DNA of 64,000 nt from Haliotis rufescens. Taxonomy: Eukaryota. Below the pieces are notes generated by a model. The model did no database searches. It was not told the DNA's origin and saw only the letters and a program-made list of their open reading frames with translations. The stretch is taken from positions 57,784,001 to 57,848,000 of the forward strand of contig NW_025964361.1 of NCBI RefSeq assembly GCF_023055435.1, given 5' to 3'. The translations under genes and the position numbers were made by a program. Positions 26,699-38,324 of this stretch are shown here, piece by piece (within the stretch, counting starts at the first letter, position 1; each line of letters opens with the position of its first letter).

Positions 26699-26730
<32 letters not shown>

Positions 26731-26766
26731 GATTTGGGGGGGGGGGGTATAGACCAGGGCGACGGT

Positions 26767-26897
26767 NNNNNNNNNNNNNNNNNNNNNNNNNNNNNNNNNN
26801 NNNNNNNNNNNNNNNNNNNNNNNNNNNNNNNNNNNNNNNNNNNNNNNNNNNNNNNNNNNNNNNNNNNNNNNNNNNNNNNNNNNNNNNNNNNNNNNNN
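26767..26897. other. Assembly gap
   Basis: N run preceded by (TG)n, a poly-G tract and a repeated gtatagaccagggcgacggt. Confidence 0.99.
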
Positions 26898-27156
26898 TGG
26901 GGGGTTGCAGTTTGGCGATAGGGTTGACACAGGATGACGGTCCACGAACTATCTTTAGTTGTGGTAAAATCGAGGTAACATTGCTTTACCATCGAAACAC
27001 TTTATCATGATAAAAGTAGCTTCACAGGGAAACGGGAAAATGTGTGAAAAGAAGTAAACATTTTTTTTATAGTAACAAAGACACATAGCTTCATATTACA
27101 CTTCAATGCAATAAATTGTTTGATAGGCTTTACTTAGAAGTTGACGGATGACAAGA

Positions 27157-27296
27157 TAGACACAATTTTAATGGATAACAACTTCTTTAATAATGTGAAA
27201 AGCGACGTTTCGGTATATATCCTTATACCGTTGTCAAGCAAGGAACGTCGCTTTTCACAGTATTAAAGAAGTTGTTATCCATAAAAATTGTGTCTA
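27157..27296. mobile_element. Inverted pair of Penelope-like terminal repeats with a hammerhead-like core
   Basis: ~53-bp inverted arms (27157-27209 and 27244-27296). The minus strand reads cttgacaa-cggtata-aggata-tataccg-aaacgtcg. Confidence 0.65.
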
Positions 27297-27475
27297 GCTT
27301 CAATGCAATATACACGTACGGCATGCCGATATCCATAGTATCATATATATGTACCATAAGACAAGGAAGTCAAATGACATTCTATATCGGAGGAAAAGAT
27401 CACTCAGCCATTTTGTCAAACAACGACTGAGACAAAATATCATTATGTTTGCCTACATTGTAAATCTTCACTCAG

Positions 27476-27616
27476 GTACCTGCCCACGAGGGACGTTTGG
27501 AGAGTTTTGTAATTTCACCTGTCATTGTGGAGAGACCTGTAACAGAACAACAGGGGTTTGTGAAGGTGACTGTGACCCCGGTTGGCTCGACGGAAATGGA
27601 AAACTCTGCCAGAAAG
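27476..27616 (+). CDS. A2 N-terminal-type EGF exon
   Basis: GTCPRGTFGEFCNFTCHCGETCNRTTGVCEGDCDPGWLDGNGKLCQK. Paralogue of 17632-17772. Confidence 0.9.
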
Positions 27617-30600
27617 GTTTGCTGTATACTCAGAGTGAGTGAGTGAGTGAGTATGATTTTACGCCGCTTTTAGCAATATTCCAGAAATATCCTTGCGGAG
27701 GACACCAGAAATGGGCTTCACAGATTGAACCCATGTCGGGAATCGAACCCGGGTCTTCGGCGTGACGAGAGAACGCTTCAACCACTTGGCTACCCGACCG
27801 CCCCCTGTATACTCAGATAAGCACACAAGTGTCGCTGTTGTTAGACAACAGTGGTATTGTTACATTTCAGCATTGTGTTGGGGCATGTACACCCCGAGAC
27901 CGACAACCGCTAGTCGAAAGAATTTATCATTGCACAAGTACAGAGATTTATTTTCTATGAAATACGTTTGTGTGACAATACCATATCTGCCTAAGGACCA
28001 CCCGTGGGTACGGTATGGTAACTCTACATGTGAACAGGGTCAATTATGACGTAATAAGGGGACGACGTCATATGAAACACTATGACGTCAGGATGTCAGC
28101 ACAGGCGACGACTGTCAGAAAGCTGGACTTTCTTACGAGTGGCGATTGTAATACTTTTACAAAACATTGCTACAAAACACGTAAGTTAGTAGTCCACAAT
28201 GTGCATGTAATGGCGCTACTCGATAAAATAGCTCTTATTTACAGAAAACGTTGCCTTCAAGAAACCAGCTGCAACTCTTGGTGCACTATATAATGCACAC
28301 TGGTCGGCAGACAAAGCTGTAGATGGGAACCGTGACCAGGATGTGTTCCACAACTCCTGTTTCCACTCTGCTGCTAAATTTCCAAGCGTGTGGACTGTAG
28401 ACCTTGGACAGGAGTACAGGGTACATGACGTCAGGATATACAACCGAGTAAACTGTATGTATATCTTTCGAGAGTAGTCAGTAATATCTCGCTGAATATA
28501 TGACTGAAATAATGCCGTTTCTTTTTTGTACAATGTTAACTCACTTAGTTTAGTATATGTGACGTTTTTTAGTGCCAAGTCCTCGGCCAAAAGGCACACG
28601 CATTGCAAAGTGAACGATGCACATTTTACGAAACAAACCATTATCATATATACATGTTTACCAGAAACGTTTGTCTGACCTATGGGCAGAACTATTTTTG
28701 ATGAATTAAGACGTTTATAGCAATGCTGTAAATATCGTTCTTTGTTGTCGTTCGTATTCTCCAAATCTGTTTGAATACACTACATAGATCTACCCTGAAG
28801 CAAGAATGAACAGCTTGAGATCATTTCAAGATGCAATGGGCTCTCTTCAACTCAGCACTTCCCATTTTACTGGGGATACTATGGTCATCTTCTTCATACC
28901 CTGAATATTTCAGGAAATGGCTTCATATGGTGGAGTTTATGACATTTGTTTTCATTAACACTGGAGACTTGGACATTGTTCTTGTACACTGCACCCCCAC
29001 ACACTGTAGGATCTCGCCCATAGCTATTCATAAGTCACCGATTCTTAGAAGTGCTTCTCCATAGTTCTTGGACATTCACTTTTCACAGACATTTTAGGAA
29101 ATGACAATTTATACATTAAATATTGTAGGAAAAGGTTTCTCATAAACTGAAGATTCTAGCACAACATTCTTCATATAACGGAGATTCTACTTTATTTAAA
29201 ATTTCGTTCCTCTTCGACATGATTATTTCATGCTTATAGACATTGTTCTTCAAAATATATGACATTGAATAGGTTATTCATACAGTAGTAAGAAGAGATT
29301 CTTAGACATGGTTTATCGTCGACTGGAGATTCTAAGGCATGGCTCATTATCCACTGGATATTCTAAGATAAGGATCACCATCCACTGGAGGTTCTAAGAC
29401 ATGGTTCATTATCCACTGGATATTCTAAGATAAGGATCACCATCCACTGGAGATTCTAAGAAATGGCTCATTATCCACTTGAGTCGAAGACATTGATCAT
29501 TGCAGTATCCACTCCCATGGCTGATTTTACGTACCCTTCTAATAATTCTATGTTGGGGGTACAAATGGCACAATAGATTGATTGTACGTGTGCTAAATGT
29601 TAACACACCGGAAAATGTGTAATGTGTCCACAATATGTAACTATTTACTATTGAATTTGTTCCACTGTTTATTAATTAATTTTAGAAATGTTTCCGTAAC
29701 TAACAAATGTACTTGTGAATTGAATCATTTAAGTCCAGCTTGTGCGTGTTCAAGCTGTTCAACTCTGAAAATATAACAAACTATACAGTTTACAGAAATA
29801 AATCCTTTATCATTTATTCCCTACATAAAAGTACAAGAATTGTTTTTTAGGAACCATGAGTAAAAAGTCTGATCATCAGAGTTAGAGAGATTCTTGGCTA
29901 GCTTCAAACGGAATGGGAATAGTTGATAGTTGAACAGATAGTGAGGCTGAACAAAGAGAAGGTTGGGGGGCTTTTACAAGAATGGAAAATATGGTCAGGA
30001 AGCTCACCCCAGACCAGAGTTCTGATGATAGTGACAAAATGATGATGAGAATTTAAAAGAATTATGGCAGCTTATCTGGCAAGATTGAACATTAACTAGT
30101 GTTGCGGGAGGACACAGAGATAATAGAAAGTATAAATACTTACACCATAAGCATAGATAACAGGTATCAGACGTTAAAGGCAGATGTTCAAATTTGGTTT
30201 AATGATCACGTGAAGCCGAAAAGTTCAGCGAGTTCAAGGCCTAATCTGGAGGCGAAAAAGGCAGCATTGATTGTGCGATCAGCTGCTCTGAAACAGTCAG
30301 ACCTCATTTAAGAGGAAGCTTCCACTGGAGATTTTAAGATGTGATTCGTTATCCACTGGAGATTCTAAGGCATGTATCCGCATCAACTGGGGATTCTAAG
30401 ATATGGTTCATTATCCACTGGAGATTCTAAGGCATGTATCCGAATCCACTGGGGATTCTAAGATATGGTTCATTATCCGCTGGAGATTCTAAGATATTGT
30501 TCATTATCCACTAGAGATTCTAAGGCATGTATCCTCATCCACTGGAGATTCTAAGGCATGTATCCTCATTTACTGGGGATTCTAAGACATGTATCCTCAT

Positions 30601-33600
30601 CCACTGGGGATTCTAAGACATGTATCCTCACCCACTGGGGATTCCAAGATATGGTTCATTATCCGCTGGAGATTCTAAGATATGGTTCATTATCCACTAG
30701 AGATTCTAAGGCATGTATGCTCATCCTCTGGAGATTCTAAGACACGGTTCATTATCCAATGGAGATACTAAGATATGGATCCTCATCCAATGGAGCAGTG
30801 GAGATTCTAAGACATGGGTCATCATCCACTGGAGATTCAAAGATATGGTTCATTATTCACTTGAGATTCTAAGGCATGTATTCTCGTCCACTGGAGATTC
30901 TAAAACATGGATCCTCATCCTCTGGAGAGTCTAAAACATGGATCCTCATCCACTGGATATACTAAGATATGGTTCATTATATACTAGAGATTCTGAGGCA
31001 TGTATGCTCATCCACTGGAGATTCTAAGACACAGCTCATTATCCACTGGAGATACTAAGATATGGATCCTCATCCACTGGAGTTTCTAAGACATGAGTCA
31101 TCATCCACTGGAGATTCAAAGATATGGTTCATTATCCACTAAAGATTCTAAGGCATGTATCCTCGTCCACTGGAGATTCTAAGACATGGATCCTCATCCA
31201 CTGGAGATTCTAAGACATGGATCCTCATCCACTGGAGATTCTAAGACATGGATCCTCATCCACTGGAGAGTCTAAAACATGGATCCTCATCCACTGGAGA
31301 TTCTAAGATATGGTTCATTATCCACTGGAGAGTCTAAAACATGGATCCTCATCCACTGGAGATTCTAAGACATGGATCCTCATCCACTGGAGAGTCTAAA
31401 GCATGGATCTTCATCCACTGGAGATTCTAAGATATGGTTCATTATCCACTGGAGAGTCTAAAACATGGATCCTCATCCACTGGAGATTCTAAGACATGGA
31501 TCCTCATCCACTGGAGAGTCTAAAACATGGATCCTCATCCACTGGAGATTCTAAGACATGGACCATTATCCACTGGAGATTCCGAGGCATGTATCCACAT
31601 CCACTAGAGATTCTAAGGCATGGTTCATTATCCACTGGAAATCTGGAGATTCTTAGACCTAGATCACCATCCATTGAAGATTCTAAGGCATGTATCCACA
31701 TCCACTGGAGATTCTATGGCATGGCACATTATCCACTGGAGATACTAAGACATGGATCCCCATCCACTGGAGATTCTAAGACATGAGTCATCATCCACTG
31801 GAGATTCTAAGACATTGATCATTATTCATTGGAGATTCTAAGATAAAAAATAAACTTTGGGTTATCTTACGTTTGAAAATATTTATTTCCAAGTTTGAGG
31901 CGGCCCTTAGGGTACTTTTTGCTCTTCCGTCTAGGAATATGTTGTCAAGATCAGACTCTGCAACTTGTGCGAAATGTTTCGTCGCTGTCTTGTCGACACC
32001 ACTAGGCCTCGCCACCTGAGCATGTGTTGTAAATTATTCATAAAAAATATGTATGTCCAGCAAACCGATTTTATTTTAAAGCATCTCCCCCAAAATGTAT
32101 TTAAATGTCTTTTTATTTTGACAAATTAAATATTACCTAGATCTAGGCTGATTTTGTCCGAGCATTCGGGTACTTCATAAGGGGGGCGCTCGGCGGCAAG
32201 CTTTTGCCTTTTAGGCGGCGTGTCCTTCACGCCTGTCAATAAAGACAATGCTATCTTTTACAATTTCATCTTAATTTCTTTTTTGGTATGTGTTTACGTC
32301 ATAATATGATAGCTAGAGCAGCAGACGACAAATGTCGTTTACGTGTTTGTTCAACTGATTTTTTCAAAACATATTTCTGAAGATGTTTGTGTTATTATAG
32401 TCACCAGAATTTTCCAGATTGGAGAGTATAATGTCAAAATCATCGTCACTCCATTCATTTGCAGGATGTAGATAGACTTTAGCAAAACTTCCTAGATCAA
32501 AAGTTCCAACTGACACGGAATTCGTGAGCTCCGCCATCTTTATGGGCAAGCACAAAGTGCACATGCATATCCTTACGCGGTAAAGAGGCCGTTAAGCCAG
32601 CTGTTTTAATCAGAGGGGGTTTATTGTGATTTAATAGCCTCTGACTGACCAATCTGAATTGTTATTGTGATTAAATAGCCTCTGATTGACCAATCTGAAT
32701 CGAGTAAATTCCAAATTCATGGTAGAATTTTAGATAGAGCATGCTCGATTGCACGTCTCAAGTTGTAAATGTAGAAACCAAATGTTGGAACCGCGGGAAT
32801 ATTGCTTGACATAAAGGGAAAGGGGACTATTTGAAAGTTGAAGTCACCCCTCTTTACATACATTCTTGTAGACAGTTTTTACTGCTCTGAACATTTATGC
32901 AAGGGAATTGGTTCTTGACCTTTATTGGACGATGTCAAATACTTGATATTCCTGAAACTTAACTTAGGCTTCTCTGCAAAATCCTCGTGTTTTGATTTTG
33001 CCAGTAAAAGGAGATATTCTGCTTCATGTACATAAGGAACAGATGAGCAGAGAGGGGAGCACAAATGTTTCCCATGGGGATGCCTACTTTCTACCTAATC
33101 GTTCTATCCCCAAATTGCACAAAATTGATGTTATCAGTGAAGAAGTCCAGCATTTCACAGTTCGTCTCTCAATTTCATTACAGCTGTGGTAACAACGTTT
33201 CGTAACAAATACCTAAATGGATCAACACTTGTTTGGTTCGTTTCTGAGAGTGAAAAAAAGCAAGAACATCCATTGAGTTTTAGATAATCCACAGGGTATT
33301 AATTCTACTTGACCCAAATACTTTCTGTGAATCTAAAAAGGTCATTCCTTGATTGATTTATAGATCATGGGTAGTCTTTGAAACAGGGATTTGTGGTACA
33401 TTTGCTGGACCCTGCACTTTACTATCTGTGTGCGGATGTGTAGGAGCTTTGAACTCCATCACAACAGAGGACTGGATATGCCTTTAGGTTTTAGTTTCAC
33501 ACTAAAATGTGACAGTATTGTTTCGTAGTTTTGGCAGATATATATCCTCATTTACATACTGGTCTTATATGAAGCATTACTTGCTATGTCACTTACACCA

Positions 33601-36600
33601 AGTTCGGTGATCAAACAATAAATATTGAGATACTTTCATATAATTATAATGGTTATGTTACTTCCGGCCTTGGGAGTGGGAATAACTTCAAGCTGGCGCG
33701 GACAGAACGAGTTTGTTCAAGTTCTGTTGCCTATGTTTCCTTTTCGGTGTGTACTTTCTACCAGCAACATCTCACACTGACTTAACCCACTTCGAAAGAC
33801 ATTCAACGGGTTCATCTTATCTATTGGGCCATTTCGGGAACGTTAGGAAACAAACTGCCTGAAGAAATAATTATATGTCTTTAGAATGTGGTCTTTCAGA
33901 TGTCAGCAGACTTCGTGAAGCTTTCCTCTCTCTAAGTAATACCAATTCGACCTCCAACATTACCTGCTACGTATTCCCCCCGGACACCCCAGAAACATCG
34001 AACAGCGTCTACGATGTGTCATGTGAAGGGCGAGGAAGATTCCTAACTATCACACAGAACACAAGCTTTCTCAATCTCTGTGAGGTCGAGACATATGGTA
34101 GCAAAGATGTTTTCTGTTTTCTTATAGTTTTGTTTTAAGACCTCCATTAGGATGCTTCCATTATCACAATTTATGCATGTTTCAAGCACAAACGTAAAAA
34201 CCAATTATAATACGCTATCAATTAAACATGTAATCGGTAAATAATCATTTCATTCGTAAGATTCCATAGTTTAGAGACATAGCATGGAGAGATGTGCCAT
34301 GTATCAATGCCCAACACCTTTATCGTGGAAATAAATCTCAAGCACAACGATCTATGATTTGGTTGTGCACATTGTTTTTTCACAAAAAGATGCAACTCAA
34401 ATGTTCAGTCTTAACTATATTTGTTTTTAGTTTGCAGTCATTGGTATTTTGGTGATTGTCACCGAGTCTGTCACTGTTTGAATAGACCTTGCGATCCAGT
34501 CAGTGGTGTGTGTCCTGGAGACTGCAGACCAGGGTGGCAGGGAGACAGGTGTGATACAGGTGAGGCGATTCAGTCAGTGGTGTTTGTACTGAAGACTGTA
34601 GACCAGGGTGGCAGGGAGACAGGCGTGATACAGGTGAGGAGATTCAGTCAGTGGTGTTTGTCCTGGAGACTGTAGCCAAGGAGGGCGGGGAGACAGGTGT
34701 GATACAGGTGAGGAGATTCAGTCAGTTGTGTTTGTTCTGGAGACTGTAGCCAAGGAGGGTGGGGAGACAGGCGTGATACAGGTGAGGAGATTCAGTCAGT
34801 GGTGTTTGTTCTGAAGACTGTAGCCAAGGAGGGTGGGGAGACAGGCGTGATACAGGTGAGGAGATTCAGTCAGTTGTGTTTGTTCTGGAGACTGTAGCCA
34901 AGGAGGGTGGGGAGACAGGCGTGATACAGGTGAGGAGATTCAGTCAGTGGTGTTTGTTCTGAAGACTGTAGCCAAGGAGGGCGGGGAGACAGGCGTGATA
35001 CAGGTGAGGAGATTCAGTCAGTGGAGTTTGTTCTGGAGACTGTAGCCAAGGAGGGCGGGGAGACAGGTGTGATACAGGTGAGGAGATTCAGTCAGTTGTG
35101 TTTGTTCTGGAGACTGTAGCCTATGAGGGCGGGGAGACAGGCGTGATACAGGTAAGGAGAATTCAGTCAGTGGTGTGTGTCCTTGAGACTGTACACATGG
35201 TGTTTTACAGAAGAGAAAGAGGTTTCTTTAGGGGTTAAGAAGTCACAAGAGACTTGAAATCAGAATGTCCGAAGCTAAACTGATTTTCTTCAACTTCCCT
35301 TGACAAAGGCCTTTTTAACTTAACCATTGGTCACGAATGTAACCCGGTATACCCAATCACTCTTACATCGGACACGTGTTATTTGATAACATATCTATGC
35401 ATATTCCCGCCTTAGTGTGTTCGAATGGCACATATGGACAGAACTGCCGCAGCTATTGCTCAAACAGGAGATGTGCGGGAAGCTCGTCATGTCATCACGT
35501 GACAGGGTCATGTGCTTCCGGATGTCAAGCTGGGTGGATCGATGCTGAGTGTACACAAGGTGAATGTCATTGTCAAATGTACAGACAGTCAAAAACATTT
35601 AGGGCAGGGGGGTTATGTTTGAACACTGTTTAATATTCTGACAATTGAACACTTGGATAACAATTCAGAATATCATGGGAACGAGCATACTTTGAATGGT
35701 TAACAATAAGGTTATTAGTTTCGATGAATAGTTAAAAGAAGTAGGACATTGTATAAAAGATCACTTGTTTTTAATCTTTTTGAAAAAGCATACATCGAAA
35801 CACATTTATGCGCTAAAGTTAATTTTTATATAGGATACCGCCAACCTGTACAGCAGAATCGTGTATATCGTATGTTGGCGTTCCAATGACTTCACTTATG
35901 TCTAATCGAAAATTGCTTTCTGGTCCACATTACGAAATGATTTGTGTGTGGATATGTTTCACATTTAGCTGTTAATATGGACATTACTTTGTTAGCCTAC
36001 TCGCAATACGGAGAGGGAGACGAAGACGGAGGCGAAGACGGAACAGTAGTTGCAGCATCAATATCTGTGGCAGTCTTCACTGTCCTTGTGGCTGTGCCCA
36101 CGTTCATCGGTGTTGTGGTATGGAGGAGGAGGCANNNNNNNNNNNNNNNNNNNNNNNNNNNNNNNNNNNNNNNNNNNNNNNNNNNNNNNNNNNNNNNNNN
36201 NNNNNNNNNNNNNNNNNNNNNNNNNNNNNNNNNNNNNNNNNNNNNNNNNNNNNNNNNNNNNNNNNNTGAAAAATTGTTCACTGCTGAAAAACGGTATCTG
36301 TTTTTATTACCTACGAGGGCAAACATGTCGGGGTTCAGAATCATAAATCATATGTGCCCTTGGGTCATATCACGTCACAAGAAAACAGTGTATAGTTTAC
36401 GTTATCCGGACGGCATTGTTGGTCATTCTCATCTTATTCGAGGTCGGAATGACGTCACACTAGAAACGCCGTCATAGCTGTAGATTGTTGACGTCATTCA
36501 ACAAATTTAGGTTCCGCTGCTGTGGCGACCTTGGGCGCATTGCAAGCCACGAATCGCTTAGAGAAAGCAAATTAATCGCTCATCCCGGGGTCTGCAACAG

Positions 36601-37378
36601 TTCGAAGCGCTTGCGCACTCTTCCAAAATGGCGGCGCAACTACCGCTTGGTTGCCTTGACGTAATGAAGAACGTAATAGAAGAGGCTCGATGACGAGCTG
36701 ATGAAATTTATGACTACTTTGAAGATGTTGAGCAGACTGGGGATGATGGGGTGTTAGCTGCCTTTGCTCATTTCCTCGTTGATCCAGTCAAGAATTTCTT
36801 TCTTGTTCCGCTGTCAAAGTCAGCAACCACTTTGGTTTGAGAACAAAGCGACCTCAGCCTGCGATTGTTTCGCTTGGAAGCGACTGAAAGTTATCGCTCT
36901 GTTGTAAGGCGAATCGCTGTACTTCGCTTGAAAGCGATTCGCGCTTTGCAAGGCACCCTTGGAAATACCGGAATGTAGGCACGAGTGTCGTAAACATGGT
37001 ATGTGTACATTGTGTTTGTCGGTGTTTTACAGACATCCACAAGAGGACTGTCCAGCTGATTCCCATCACTACTACAATACAACTCCTGCAGACACAGACA
37101 GAGCAGGAGAGTCTCAGGTCGCTGCTGAAGATCCAGCCGACGAAAGAGGCTACGAAGGTCTCGACGTCATGTCACGTGACAACAACCTGAACGGGAGGAC
37201 GTACTGCTCAATCGAGACCAGTAAAATAGAGAATTCCTTGTGTGTTTTTACATCTGATGACGTCGAATCACGTGACGTTTATGTTTCCACAGCAACTGAC
37301 ATATATGAGACAATCGATATACCCGAAAGCACACCACGTGACACAGCTGAAGGATATGTCAACATAGGGAGTATATAA
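27476..37378 (+). CDS. Module A2: EGF-F-type lectin-EGFx2-TM-cytoplasmic Tyr-motif tail
   Basis: Exons 27476-27616, 28245-28454, 33900-34097, 34431-34559, 35416-35559, 35996-36131, 37033-37378. Phases are compatible throughout. Confidence 0.85.
27634..27805 (-). mobile_element. SINE family 1
   Basis: TSD ctgtatactcaga. Inserted just downstream of the splice donor. Confidence 0.92.
28245..28454 (+). CDS. A2 F-type lectin exon a
   Basis: ENVAFKKPAATLGALYNAHWSADKAVDGNRDQDVFHNSCFHSAAKFPSVWTVDLGQEYRVHDVRIYNRVN. Confidence 0.92.
29295..29490. repeat. 31-bp minisatellite, left segment
   Basis: About 6 units of tccactggagattctaaga... Confidence 0.9.
29551..30315 (+). mobile_element. LTR plus degenerate gag 5' fragment, BEL/Pao-like
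   Basis: TGTTGGGG...CCCTACA-bounded 275-bp segment containing AATAAA, followed by taaaag and a gag-like peptide NLEAKKAALIVRSAALKQ. Confidence 0.45.
30321..31841. repeat. 31-bp minisatellite (~49 units)
   Basis: CTGGAGATTCTAAGACATGGATCCTCATCCA, period 31 (31201, 31232 ...). Confidence 0.97.
31860..32700 (-). mobile_element. Possible Crypton/DUF3504-type relic
   Basis: HFAQVAESDLDNIFLDGRAKSTLRA resembles the N-terminus of such proteins. Duplicated ctctga(c/t)tgaccaatctgaat near the right end. No catalytic domain is visible. Confidence 0.3.
32800..33600 (-). mobile_element. Highly degenerate CR1/L2-like RT relic
   Basis: Minus-strand FLDSQKVF (cf. FLDFxKAFD), followed by a frameshifted segment resembling RxQxVxI. 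Confidence 0.4.
33900..34097 (+). CDS. A2 F-type lectin exon b
   Basis: YVSRLREAFLSL...CEGRGRFLTI...LNLCEVETY. Confidence 0.92.
34431..34559 (+). CDS. A2 EGF-like exon
   Basis: VCSHWYFGDCHRVCHCLNRPCDPVSGVCPGDCRPGWQGDRCDT. Confidence 0.9.
34497..35193 (+). repeat. Second 74-bp exon/donor minisatellite (9 units plus a partial)
   Basis: Units at 34497, 34571 ... 35164. Same boundaries as the A1 array but a different consensus. Confidence 0.96.
35416..35559 (+). CDS. A2 EGF-like exon
   Basis: VCSNGTYGQNCRSYCSNRRC...GWIDAECTQ. Confidence 0.9.
35996..36131 (+). CDS. A2 transmembrane exon
   Basis: Acidic linker, then VVAASISVAVFTVLVAVPTFIGVVVW and an RRR stop-transfer motif. The 3' boundary is inferred because the gap starts at 36135. 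Confidence 0.85.
36135..36266. other. Assembly gap
   Basis: N run. Confidence 0.99.
36533..36958 (+). mobile_element. Non-autonomous TIR element, PIF/Harbinger-like
   Basis: Imperfect TIRs gggcgcattgcaagccacgaatcgctt / aagcgattcgcgctttgcaaggcaccc. Internal broken acidic ORF beginning MAAQLP. Confidence 0.55.
37033..37378 (+). CDS. A2 terminal cytoplasmic exon with multiple Tyr motifs
   Basis: Phase-2 acceptor tgttttacag|A. Encodes YYNT, YEGL, YCSI, YVST, YETI, YVNI, then a TAA stop. Confidence 0.85.
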
Positions 37379-37483
37379 CCGTCAAACACGATATTCCAAA
37401 CAGAGGGCCGTTGTTTCCTTTACGGATAATTTGAAGCTAGACCCAATATACAGTATGTAGAATGTCACTAGTTCTTACCATTG

Positions 37484-37993
37484 AGTAAGTGAGTGAGTTG
37501 TGTTTAACACCGCTTTAAACAGTATTCGAGTCATATCAGCTTAATGTGGGAGTAAAGACTGAAGTGGTGCAGGTCTTAGACGTTTACCACTTCGGTGAAA
37601 CCCACGAGCACGGATATGGTGCTGACAAACCTAGAAACATAATCGGGGCGAACCGGGATTAAAACCCACAATCACAGGTTTCTGGCGTGCCCAAGGGACG
37701 CAACTCTGCACAGCGAATTGCGGCGCCTTAGACGACTGGGCCACCCGTGACCCCTATTTTTTAAGTAAGTGATATTAAGTCGCTATAAATATATTTATTA
37801 CAGTAAATTACGCTTACATGTATGTATTCATTAACACTTATATGAAAAGGCATTACTCATATTACATTTAACTAAAACACATTTAACCTACAAATATAAC
37901 ATAACGTGTGTGATCCTACCATATATCTCAACCTCGCACAAATTGAGGGTCGCTGTGTTGTGTGTGATGGTCAAGTAGCTAGCCCTCCCGTCA
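37484..37993 (-). pseudogene. Inverted paralogous copy of the A1 lectin exon b 3' end, intron and SINE
   Basis: Reverse complement of ~22883-23397. Encodes DGRASYLTITHNTATLNLCEVEIY with the donor intact. Confidence 0.92.
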
Positions 37994-38165
37994 TAGGTTT
38001 CTGGCGTGCCAAAGGGACGCAACTCTGCACAGCTAATCTTACCATGGATAGCCTTTCGTGTGGAACACATTGTGTTATCTGACAATACTCTGTATAACCT
38101 TAAACGCCATGTTAATATCACTCATGGGAGTTTATATGGACTAGCTACCCAACACCTCTAGTCTG

Positions 38166-38324
38166 TGGGGGCGGTCGGGTAGCCTAGCGGTTAAAGCGTT
38201 CGCTCGTCACGCCGAAGACCCGGGTTCGATTCCCGACATGGGTACAATGTGTGAAGCCCATTTCTGGTGTCCCCCGCCGTGATATTGCTGGAATATTGCT
38301 TATAGCGGCGTAAAATCAAACTCA
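38166..38324 (+). mobile_element. SINE family 1
   Basis: TSD tctagtctgtg. Confidence 0.92.

Noticed and set aside
26935-26975. Possible signal exon for A2 (MTVHELSLVVVKS, AG|GTAAC)
   Set aside because: Too short and phase 2, so incompatible with the phase-1 exon at 27476.
26493-26992. ORFs spanning the gap
   Set aside because: They consist of (TG)n and Ns.
28216-28764. Minus-strand ORFs here and at 20244, 49127, 49398 and 49466
   Set aside because: They are antisense shadows of the lectin exons.
30321-31841. 31-bp repeats as a CRISPR array or coding repeat
   Set aside because: Units are contiguous without spacers, have frequent stops and lie in an intron.
16904-37378. Gene symbol MEGF10/MEGF11/SCARF1/draper
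   Set aside because: No EMI domain or NPxY motif is seen, an F-type lectin domain is present, and orthology cannot be supported.
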